20,000 nt of DNA from Cirrosporium novae-zelandiae (Eukaryota), in assembly GCA_026023565.1 (NCBI GenBank), contig JAPETS010000041.1, positions 238,499-258,498 of the forward strand, read 5' to 3'. Below are positions 1-10,378 of this stretch, piece after piece (the stretch's first letter is position 1; each line of letters begins with the position of its first letter). The notes under the pieces are model-generated. The model ran no database searches. It was given only the letters and a program-made list of their open reading frames with translations, and was not told where the DNA came from. Both the position numbers and the translations under genes were made by a program.

Positions 1-627
1 GCTACCTCAATCAACATCATTAGGTGTTTGTTTGGGTGTACTTGGATTTCATGGGATATTATTCTGCTAACTGCTATATCTGAACTGTAGAGATTGGCTG
101 CCAAAGACCTCGATGACTGGGAACAAAAACGTGTAGAAAGATTGCCGGGCGAGCCCGATGGAAAGCTTTGAAATCTTTGCTCTTTGTTAGTACCGCATCT
201 CTCGGGGCGCCATTGGGTCGAAGGATAAAATTGGGCATCATGAATTTGGGTGGTTGAGGGTTCGAAATGGCGTCTGAGGATTTCTATCACGGTTGGGCTA
301 TGCCGGATCAATAGGGCATATATCATGTACAGTAACTACCTAAAATGTAGATATCTAAATCCAAAGAGGATGAATGCTGATACAGTTTACACTATTATGG
401 TAAACGTCATGGTTCTTGAATTCGTTATTTACGTTCTCGCATTCGTTTCACTAGAAATACATATCCTAACTGCCTATCAATCCCAAGTAATGATGCTTGA
501 TGCAATATTTATATTGTCTAGCCCTTCTGCAGAAGTGAACCCGAAGACTCCAAAGCATGCCTCGTTGACAGTTAAGGCCCAAGAGAGACCAAATCTTGCC
601 AATAAATACATATGTTCAAGATGCCCG

Positions 628-3337
628 TCAACCCTGATAACTCCGTCTCGCTTCCTCCTTTGTAATTCCTTTTCTCATTTGCGGCGGCAGTTGATCAACA
701 TACCATTGCAATACCGCCTCATAACATAGGACAAATTGTCGAAGACTCTGGACCATACTCAGCCTTTGATTGCGGAAATCTTCAACCGTCTTGGCTACAA
801 GGTCCACATCATCGTTGTTGACCCAGTCATCAGGTTGGTCAATGTCCATCTGTTCGTTGTCTCTCTCAGCTGGTCTCATTTTCACTGATAGCTGTCGTTT
901 GAGCATGTCCACAACGCTATCGACTGTGCAAAAGGTCCCCGTTCGACCACACCCGGCACTACAATGAACTACGATTGGTCTGCCCCCCTCTGATTCGGGC
1001 TCAAAAGTCGATCTGGTGACGGTTGGACTTCTGATGCTTTGGACAAGGTTGTTGCAGTGTTCAACCAGCCCCAAGAGCTGCCCAGCATTTGCAGGAGCCC
1101 CAAAGTCGGGCCAGTTTGTGTATTGCAGTTGAGTAATCTCACGCATCTTGGCAAAAGGGAGTTCACTATGCGTCAAGGCAAATGTGCGAACGGTTGCATG
1201 CGGTAATTCATTAGTCGGAGATATATTATGATTCTGGGCCAACTCTTTCTCCATGAGGCTATTTGGGTTTGTGGATCGCCTTTGGCCTAGGATGCGTTTT
1301 ACTTGGACGGCGCTCATTGGCGTGGTGGATGACTCCAATGATACCCGCTTTTCGGAGAGAAGTTTGAGTTTCAGTGGTCCATATATTCCGGTTTTCCAGT
1401 ACTGGTGGCTCTTTATTTGGTTACCCTCTTTTTCTGCTGTAAGCATAACAATTACGCGGGCGTCTTGTTCCCAGACAACGCGCCAGAAATCCTAAAACAG
1501 GATTAGTACATGCATTTGATATGCACAGAATTTTACTCACATTAAAGGTTGATGGAATGGGAGCTTGGGTTGCAATATAATGCTTATTGCTCCACTCAGA
1601 TTGTATATGATTTGCATTGACATAATCGCAATCACCGTTTGGAACATCCTGTAATCGAACCCGTGAATGATCATACGGGAAAATATTATTGTATCTGTTT
1701 TTCGAACCCTTCTCGATACCTGCAATCTGGATGGGTTTGGGGGCTCCAGGCTCTGTTGGGTTGTAGCTGACAGTTAACGCTTGCTCCATCCGTTTTTGCT
1801 CATCCTTTTCAATCTTGAGGAATTTATCAGATGCTGTCTTCCCATCATCCTGTTTGTCGCAAATTTGCCGTAGCCAAGTTGGGAGGCTGGCTCGAGCTCT
1901 TTCCGACATTCCTTCGGGGTTCTTAATAGATATTTGGCCGACACCGCCAATTAAATCCATGTTTTGTCGAATATTGTTAAAGAACGGGTTAGCAGCGGAC
2001 TTTGATGAAGGTAATGGACATCCACCGACGATCTGCAATCCTCCCTTCGGTGGTTCGATGGAAAGTGTTTGTTTGTTCGCAGATGGGGTCGTCGTGCGTG
2101 GCGAATTCTGATCCATCAACTCGGGGTGTTGTTTGCTGAATTCGGCGATTCCCCCTCGCAGAATGCTTGTCTGTCCCTTGTATCCCTCATTGGTGAATTT
2201 CTTTAGTGTGTTGACGCAAGACAACGCATCTTTCAGCTGTCGTGAGCATGCATCATATACAATTACGTGCTTATATGTTCTCCACTCAGCAAACCTCTTC
2301 TTTTCCGCATCCCGGCTAAAAGTGTCGGCGAGTTTTTGAAGATTGAAGGACGGGCGCTTAAGAAGGGTGGTGGGAATGCACAAATTGAGTGCATCTTTAA
2401 TTCTAGATTGTGCATAGTGAGGGTTGACTCGAAGGTCTAATAATAACACTTCCCTTGGCATCGTCTGGAGTAGTTTTGCAAGGTCCTGAGGAAGCATCAT
2501 TGATGGGCTATTCTTGTCAAATGAAGGGGGGAGAGTATCTGCCCGCTGGACCTGCTTCAAATTCGACGATATCGAGGGTCGGTTATCTATTTCGTTTGGT
2601 AGAGTCACATGTGGTAGAGATAGTCGCGGCATGCGATCGTCTAATGGTATTGATTGACCAAGTGGTCTTGGTGCATGGTCGATGTCTTCGAAACTCTGTG
2701 GTGAGGCATTGAATCGTGCTCTAGATATCGAGGGGAATGGAGAAAGTTCATTTGTTTGTCCTTGGATCCGGGATTGACTGATAGGATTGACGTCCATGCT
2801 ACCATCCGTACCTTGAGTCTCATCACCCTTTTGCTGCGCACGACCGGGGGATAACTGGCCGCTTTCCTGATCGACCGTACTACTCGCAAGTCTTTCAACA
2901 CCTGGGCGACGAGGTTGAGGACTAGCAAATTGTGAGAGAGCGCCAAGACTTAGATTGAATCCGTTTTTCTCTGACTGACGACGAAATGCAGCGAATTCGG
3001 GTCTCTGGTCAACGGGAACGGGTCGAGGGGAAGGAGCTGCAGCGGAGCGCACAGATGATGATGGTAACGCCCAGTTCTTCCTCGCATATGGTCCTGCATC
3101 TGACTCGGCAGGGTTATGCGACTCAACAATAATTCCAAAGTAATTTGGACTGGGAGTACGAGGATCGGTGGGTTGAGGTGATGTTGCTTGTCCCTGTGCC
3201 GCCGATGAGACAGACGCTGGTGTTCGTGAAGAGAGACCCGCTGGGGTGGTAGATGATAACTGATGGGATCGACTTGGGGGTCGTGAGTTCCACGATGAGC
3301 GTGGAGAGGTGACAGATGCGGCGGCGGCGGTAGACAT
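628..3337 (-). CDS. Protein tyrosine phosphatase of the fungal Ptp2/Ptp3/Pyp1 type (N-terminal low-complexity region, rhodanese-like domain, PTP catalytic domain); exons 3337-1541 and 1491-628, ~886 aa
   Basis: Rhodanese-like segment LLLDLRV...DALNLCIPTTLLKRPSFNL. PTP motifs KNRYNNIFPYDHSRV, DYVNAN, YIATQAP, WPDFG, VHCSAGCGRTG, QRLSMVQ. Removing intron 1492-1540 joins ...PSTFN|DFWRVVWEQD in frame, restoring the conserved DFWxxVW motif. Confidence 0.95.
1492..1540 (-). other. Spliceosomal intron (49 nt) in the PTP gene
   Basis: Minus strand reads GTGAGT...TACTAATC...TTTTAG; splicing restores the frame and a conserved motif. Confidence 0.93.
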
Positions 3338-4034
3338 TATGGATGAATAAAGGCAAGATCGAGTAAAGGGGGATTTATACGAGCGAAAGGGTGGTTTAGA
3401 GAAAGGTCGGAATGTATTTGTTGGGTATATTTGTTTGTTGTTGTGTGGTTAATCCATACGAGATATAATCATCATCGTTACTGATCGAAGATTCTGTTCA
3501 TGATTACTGTTGTACTGAAGAGGGTCAATGTATCAAGTACCAAAAGAGAGGAAGGCTGAGATGCTGTGTGACTTGAGGTACTATCTGATGACGTCGCTGG
3601 AGGTTGGGTTGTGGCAAGAAGACGGCCAAAGTCGGGGGGGGTAAGAGAAAGAAAGTATTTTTGTATCATTAATTGCGGCGAAGCAACCTCTATTAGACAA
3701 TCACCCTCAACTCATTACTAGGGGGATGGAGAATTGGGAGGGGGAATCAAATAATATTTTATTTATTTTATCAGGTCATTATGTTATTTTTTTGTTTTTT
3801 TTATTTTTGTCTTTTATTTTTCTTTTTAAGCAAAAAAGGGTGGGAAGGGAAAAAGGTGTTGGTTCAATTTTACTAGGTTCAAAAAAGTGTGGGAGGACGA
3901 GGGAAAAGCAAGGGAATCCAGGAAAAAAAAGGTTAAGTGATTTGGCCATTTGACTATTAATGTCTGCCAGTGGTTCCGGTGGTTGCCACTGAAGTAAAGT
4001 CCCTCTCTTAATTAGCTGTTGCTCTTGACTTCTT

Positions 4035-4079
4035 GTCTTGACGGTCTTGACGGTCTTGACTGTCTTGACTGTCTTGACT
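4035..4079. repeat. Tandem 9-mer (GTCTTGACK)x5
   Basis: gtcttgacg x2 followed by gtcttgact x3, read directly. Confidence 0.95.
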
Positions 4080-4325
4080 GTGCATGTCAATGTGGGGACA
4101 GATGAAGTTCAAGGGGACTAGGAAGGGATCGACTTGTCAAGGGACTTTGGTTGCGACATGCTGTTCCGGGCTAGAATCATGGCTGGAATCAGCTCCCCCT
4201 CGTCCTTCTAATTTTACAAGACCGACCAAGGGCTGTAAGAGGCTGTAAAAAGGCCGTGAAGGGAGATTTCAAAAAGGGTCCGGGAAAGCTGAGCGAGCAG
4301 AGCGAGAAGAGCGAGACCTGGAAAG

Positions 4326-4362
4326 ACCAAAATTGCCAAAATTGCCAAAATGTCAAAATGAC
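4326..4362. repeat. Degenerate 8-9-mer tandem repeat (CCAAAATTG-like, ~4 copies)
   Basis: accaaaattgccaaaattgccaaaatgtcaaaatgac. Confidence 0.8.
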
Positions 4363-4475
4363 GACGTAATAATACCCAAAATGACAAAGTTTCGGTTCAT
4401 CTGGGCCCCAAAGCAAACCCTTAATTAATAGGTACAGTACCTACTCAGTAATCCCATCATCATCATCGTCACAGA

Positions 4476-4531
4476 CAGTATTCAGCATTCAGCATTCAGT
4501 ATTCAGTATTCAGTATTCAGTATTCAGTATT
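4476..4531. repeat. Tandem 7-mer (CAGYATT)x8
   Basis: cagtatt, cagcatt x2, cagtatt x5, read directly. Confidence 0.95.
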
Positions 4532-4850
4532 CGAGTAATTTTAACTCATGTAATTAATTCGTATCAACACAACATCCGACGAGGAAGTGGTTGCCCTATT
4601 GGTAATAATTAATTGCAGACTTGGGCAGGACAGGCAAAACAGGCAGGGATGAAGGATTTCAAGGATATTCAGGATTTCATCAAGTTCAAAAAGCTTCTCA
4701 AAAAGCCACCTTTGCCTGAAAGTTGACTTTCCTCTCAGCCGCCGGCATCGAAGATGGGCTTTGTCTTTTTTTTTTTTCAGGGCCCGAGGGGGGGGGGGGG
4801 CCTTACAGTTTACCCTCAAGTTACCTTGAAATGCCAGGGCGTATTGCCGC

Positions 4851-4874
4851 AAGGCCCCAAGGCCCCAAGGCCCC
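4851..4874. repeat. Tandem 8-mer (AAGGCCCC)x3, preceded by poly-T and poly-G runs at ~4766-4800
   Basis: aaggccccaaggccccaaggcccc. Confidence 0.9.
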
Positions 4875-5030
4875 ACACAGCTTTCAGTCCCTACTGTACC
4901 TGTAGACACACATTAGGTACTTAGTAGGAAAGACTACTCGAGTATATCCTCACCGCCCCAAGATATCGCTAATCGCTAATCTCAATCATCAAACACAACT
5001 CGACTTATTCTCCCCATTCTCTTGTTCTCT

Positions 5031-5085
5031 CATTCTCCCATTCTCCCATTCTCCCATTCTCCCATTCTTAACCCCCCCCCCCCCC
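5031..5085. repeat. Tandem 8-mer (CATTCTCC)x~4.7 followed by a poly-C run
   Basis: cattctcc x4, then cattct, then a C-run at 5072-5085; degenerate copies upstream from ~5007. Confidence 0.9.
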
Positions 5086-6176
5086 AAATCAATTGTTCCA
5101 TATTTTCCTCTTTGACCTTAGCTGATCATAAACAAGGTACCATTCTACTCATATTCACTCAACTCATTCTTTGGCAAATATTCTTCTTGTGCTGTAGTGT
5201 CTTAACATATGTACAAGTCCATTATGCTTTTATGCTGAAACTCGGAAATTGATCCAATTCGAAACAATAGCAACAAAGCCTCGAGCGTCATTTCGAACTC
5301 ATTCTAGAAGGCGTTATCCGGCCACTTTCCCGGACATGATGCAGGAATCAGCCCACTGGATACCCATGTGGCTGCCAAAACACCAGAAAATCTTCGATTC
5401 CCACAATATTTGACTTGTCTGTCTGAGATGGTCATCTACGACATCACCAGATATTTATCTCACCTCAAAGCTTCACCACAAATCCTACGGAATATGCAGT
5501 AATCGTGATGATATGATCAATATGATCATACGAGCTCGATCAAAATTCCCAGAGACATTTCCCCGGACACATCTGATGAACCATCATCTATAGGTCTGTA
5601 GAGCTACGTACATGTACAATACCGAGTAATTATACTGCAGGTAATCCCGATATTCAACCCACTCTCTATCCGTCAAACCCACTTTAATCTCTTGGCCTTT
5701 GTTGATGGTGACTTCTGATTAATCCAACGCTTTCAATTCGACCCAGCTTTTGCAAATCCCCCCGATCCCCCGTCCCTCGTGAACTGTTCTTATCGATAGC
5801 ATCTAATCGCTATTGTCGTCATTCTTTTCAACTATCTATTGGTCCTGCGGACTTAAGCTATGTCTCCAATGTTCCTGTCGCCCAAATCCAAAGGTGAAGC
5901 CTCTAGGAACAACCAAGGTATTAACCATCTTGACTTGAGATTCATCAGATCGATAATATCAATGGCAATGAACCGTCTTCCATCTCCGCATTCTATATCT
6001 ATCTTCGGGATTAAGTAGATCCCTTTATCTGCATTGTTCTACGATGTTTTCTGCCTATATAATGGACGCTATATTTTCTTCACGTCAATTGAAGAGTATG
6101 TTCCTTTTTTTCCTTTCTTATTTGTATTGTCTAGAGTAGTCTTATTAGATTCTACCTTCAATTGACAACAGCTACC

Positions 6177-7711
6177 ATGGACCCCGGTTTCCCTGACCCA
6201 GAAGCCTCCATCAAAAAGAAGGCCTCTCTTGTTCCCTCTGAACCCTCTTTCCTTGTCGGAGAAGTCGAACCCATCAACCACCATGCTGAACGTGCTCTCT
6301 GCCGCAAGTTCGATTTTCGGATCCTCCCCGTCCTTGCCTTGATGTACCTCTTTAATTCCCTGGACAAGTCTAACATGGGAAACGCGAAAACTAACGGCCT
6401 GGAGGAAGATATTGGGTTACAAGGAAGCCAGTATAATATCATGCTTAGCGTCTTCTATGTTCCATATGTCGTTTTTGCCCCCCCTATAATGATGCTGGGG
6501 AAAAAATATGGACCAAGCAGAGTATTGCCAATTCTGATGTTTTGTTTTGGATCTATTACTCTCTTCATCACGGCAGTCCGAAATTTTGGGGGCTTATGCG
6601 CTCTGCGCATGTTGTTGGGACTTGCAGAGGGTGCTTTCTTCCCGCTCGTGATATATTATCAGACAATGTGAGACCTGCAACTCATAGTGCCTTCTGTCCC
6701 CTAACACTTCCCAGGTTTTACCGTCGCGCAGAATTAGCCCGACGTCTCGCAATTTTCTACGCTGCTTCCAACATTGCCTCCGCTTTTTCTGGTCTCTTGG
6801 CTTTCGGTGTCTTTCGCATAAATTCCGGCGCCCTCGCCTCCTGGCGCTATCTATTTGTGATCGAAGGCGCATGCACTGTCCTCTTTTCTATGTTCGCTTT
6901 CTGGTACCTCCCAAGATCCGCCTCTGAAGCACGCTTCCTCAATGAAGAGGAGAAGCAACTCGCGTTCCATCGCATCCAGATTGATAGTTCCGCAATCGTA
7001 AACGAGAAATTCAATCTCCGAGAATCCTTTAGTATTTTTAAAGATTTCACGACATATATATTCCTGCTCCTAGAAATATGTCTCGGTGTTCCCGCCACCA
7101 GCGTCAGCAACTTCCTCCCCCAAATCATCGCACGCTTAGGCTATTCGACAGTCAAGACAAATCTCTATACTGTCGCGCCTAACGTCTCCGGTGCTGTGGT
7201 CCTTCTTCTCTTAGCATATCCCTCCGACCTCCTTCGTATGCGCTTCCCTTTCATAGCCCTTGGCTTCCTCCTCACATTCATCGGTTTCATGATATATGTC
7301 GCTATTGATGTCGAAAAGCAATTGCATGTCGCGTACTTCGCCACGTTCATGATGTGCTGGGGTACCTCTGCTCCCGTGACGCTAGTTTCTGTCTGGTATA
7401 GCAACAATATCGCCCATGAGGGTCGAAGAGTTGTTCTCACGAGCATTGGTGTTCCATTAGCAAATCTCATGGGTCTGGTAAGCTCAAATATTTTTCAGGA
7501 CAAGGATGCGCCCAAGTATATTCCAGCGTTGGCGACGACGGCGGCGTTTGGGGCGTTTGGTGTATCGTTGACTGCATGTTTAGGGATTTGGATGATGTGG
7601 GATAATCAAAGAAGGAATAGAGTCCAGGGGATGAAGCTTAGAGCGAGCGAGGCTCCAACAGAAAGATTGAGGGAAGGTCCGAAATCTGAGGAGTTTAGGT
7701 GGTTCATCTAA
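6177..7711 (+). CDS. MFS transporter, anion:cation symporter (allantoate permease Dal5/Tna1-like) family; exons 6177-6667 and 6715-7711, ~495 aa
   Basis: Family-typical N-terminus ERALCRKFDFRILPVLALMYLFNSLDKSNMGNAK, plus RMLLGLAEGAFFP and WRYLFVIEG, with about 12 hydrophobic segments. Intron removal gives YYQTMFYRRAELARRLAIFY. ATG in ACCATGG context. Confidence 0.93.
6668..6714 (+). other. Spliceosomal intron (47 nt) in the MFS gene
   Basis: GTGAGA...CCTAAC...CCAG; restores the frame between the two ORF halves. Confidence 0.92.
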
Positions 7712-7995
7712 AGTGAAAAAGGTGACATGGTATGTACATGTACCTCGACCAACTTTCTTGGCATAGCCCATCTCATATCGATATAAGGATATATATACTC
7801 CTTAGAGAGGTCAAGGATCGAGAAGGCAGAAAGAATTAGGCTTATTTCATCCGTATCTGAAGCATGCGTGCTATCGGACAGAATCTAGTTCCAGATATTT
7901 CCCAACTTTCGGTCCAAGTTTGATTTTCACGCCATGCTTTGATATGCCCAATAACAGCACGAACAATCAAAACTCTTAACCGCAAGGAAACAACT

Positions 7996-9758
7996 TCAAT
8001 CCGCCAGACCGATGGTTGTCGCCTTTTTCGTACTATATGTACTTAAATCTCCGAAATCCCACATCTTCAGACCGATATCTGTCAACGCAAATAGCTGATC
8101 TGTTTTTCCATTAAACTTCATGTCATGAATAACACCGTCACTTTTGTACCGGGTAGGCGAAATGATCCGTCGTACACGCGGATCGGATTTATATACAACT
8201 CGGACGAGCTCATCTGGCTTCATTGTCCATACAAACAGGTCTTTCCAGTTTGCAGCCGCGATCCTTGTCCCGTTGGCGTTGATTGCCATCGCCGTCCCCG
8301 GCAAACTGGTGCCTTGGGGAAAGTCCAGGAGGGTAGCCGCAATCTGCCAGTTGGTGCTTTCGATACGTCCCCAATGGAAATCATCATTACTGGGCATATC
8401 GTCTTCAGGCGGCGGGGAAGAAGAATGACAAACGAATGCGAACGTCTTGAATAACGACACAGGCTCTTCAAACCCCACGGTTAGGAAGTTTGATATCTTT
8501 GATTGTGCGTCGTATTCGAACCAGTGAGGCAAGTTAATATTCAAGGAAACCGTCATTGCATTGGACTCATCGCTGACACCGACTACTACTCCGGTGTCAA
8601 TATTAGCGAATATCAACACGTTGTCAAGGATAGAGGCGTTTAGGGTGGGACCAGCACGCCTCTCCAAGTATCCGCTGTGATATCGCAAACTTGGCCCAAA
8701 TGAACCATGAAGTAATGCTTCATTATTAGAGAATTCAATTTGACGTAACTGGTAATTCGGGAAATCCAACGTGCCACCGAAATCATATTCGTAAGCATCA
8801 ATTTCGTCCGAAAGGTGGTTCCAATTGGCAATCGCCTGACGAGAATCGGAATAGAACCTCGAATTCGAACGTCGATCACGCAGGAGCTGTCCGTTCCAAG
8901 ATATGATAGCTCCTAATCTTGATGTAGAAAGAACTAGAGGGCGTTGATTTGGTAGTGACATAATCCTCCAAATCTGTGTTGGTTCAGTTATAAAATGGTT
9001 GGGGCCTAGAGTACGAGTCAAAATAATTTCATCAGAAGATCCCCAGGCGAGATCAGGTCCAGATACCTACCTTTATAAATACTTGTGTCAATTACATAAT
9101 GAAGAAGTTTGTATTCGAGGGAACTTTCAGAAACTTGATAACGAACCAGTAGAGTGAATATAAAAGTGGTCGGATCCCGATATGCACTCGATATGCTGGA
9201 TCGAACGATATCTACATTTTCGTACGAAGTACAGTTGAAAGGGACTGAGATCTGCAGGAATAGAGAATCGGCCAGCGAGTCCTCGAGTCTATAAATGTTC
9301 ACTTTCGGCAAGCCTTCACGCACGAGAGCAAAGAAAGCTATGTTATCGGTTTGGGGATAGATATTCGCCAATGTTGAAGCACCTATATTAATATTGTAAG
9401 GCCCTAGATAATGGTAGATTGTTTCTTTTGGATAGAAACCAATTAGGTTCCAAGCAGCTCTTCGGAGGAATAATGGCAAGAGTAGGTTGGATTGTATAGG
9501 GCTAGAATCTTCAAAGCATCCGGGAATATGTTTGAGATGACGCTTTAAAGCAGATATGTTTTTTTTCGCACTTTCATAGAAGCGTTTGCAAGAGCAAAGG
9601 GCATTGACAAAGGTTTTGGGATCAACGTGGTCTAGAATTACCATTAATACCTCAATTGGTATTCGGTCAAATGGTTTAGGACTTTGTTGACTCTGTGATG
9701 GGCATGGCAATTCGGAAGAGGGACTTTCTGGTGAAGATTCCTGGATGGAAGAGGACAT
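7996..9758 (-). CDS. F-box domain protein with a beta-rich, possibly propeller-like C-terminus; exons 9758-9071 and 9005-7996, ~565 aa
   Basis: N-terminal F-box-like FDRIPIEVLMVILDHVDPKTFVNALCSCKRFYESA. Intron 9006-9070 joins SIYK-G-PNHFITEP in frame. C-terminal WD-like strands (AMAINANGTRIAAANWKDLFVW; QLFALTDIGLKMWDFG). Confidence 0.8.
9006..9070 (-). other. Spliceosomal intron (65 nt) in the F-box gene
   Basis: Minus strand AAAG|GTAGGT...CTGAT/TTGAC...CTCTAG|GC; fuses ORFs 9018..9758 and 7996..9021 in frame. Confidence 0.8.
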
Positions 9759-10182
9759 GGTGCTTGTAAGTGAGTTGAGGGTGATTTGATCTGGGGTAAA
9801 TGGTAAATGGAGTTTTCGAGTACTCTAATACATCAAAAGAGTAAACGGCGGTGAGGATAGAGAGGAAAGGAGTGAAGCAAGTTAGTTAAATACCCATTGT
9901 CTGTCTCAGTGAGTAAACACCATGAAGCATTTTGGCAAAAGGCCTTTCTTGAGTGATCATGAGTGATGATGTATGCACGGTGATGGACTACTACATGTGG
10001 GGAATTCAAACATCTCCAGGACATTTTTGCTCCGACAGTTCCCTTGGCCTTGTCATATTTGTCCAACGTACTTTGTATGCAGCCATAATCGGCTTGAGTG
10101 ACCAGCGGACCAATGAGCGGCAGCAAGGTTACCTCAATTAGCGCACAAATCGTACAAGTGGGAGGCTCAACTTCTGAGGATA

Positions 10183-10240
10183 TTTTTTTTTATTTTTTTT
10201 TATTTTTTATTTTTTTATTTTTTTATTTTTTTTTTATTTT
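10183..10240. repeat. Poly(dT)-rich (T6-10 A)n tract in the divergent F-box/DHODH promoter
   Basis: ~58 nt containing only T runs interrupted by single A's. Confidence 0.9.
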
Positions 10241-10378
10241 CAAAGGTAATCAATTGATTTTTTCCACACATTGAGCTTTTGCTGGAGAGGTATTGGCAGC
10301 GTCGGAAGCCACTCCAAGGCGACATCTGCAATTGGCCTTAAATCAAAGCTTTTGTTCTGCGAAAAACACTCCGTCGCG

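Noticed and set aside
250..729. 159-aa plus-strand ORF
   Set aside because: GTG start, no recognisable motifs, and it overlaps the PTP 3' end and UTR antisense; likely spurious.
3779..4090. ORF with VKT repeats
   Set aside because: Just the translation of the 9-bp tandem repeat and T-rich promoter DNA; non-ATG start.
4020..5090. CRISPR-like or MITE interpretation of the repeat patch
   Set aside because: No constant repeat with unique spacers, no terminal inverted repeats or target-site duplication, and the context is eukaryotic.
9018..9021. Apparent overlapping stop/start between two ORFs (operon-like coupling or frameshift)
   Set aside because: Explained by a canonical 65-nt intron (9006-9070) that joins them into one F-box gene.
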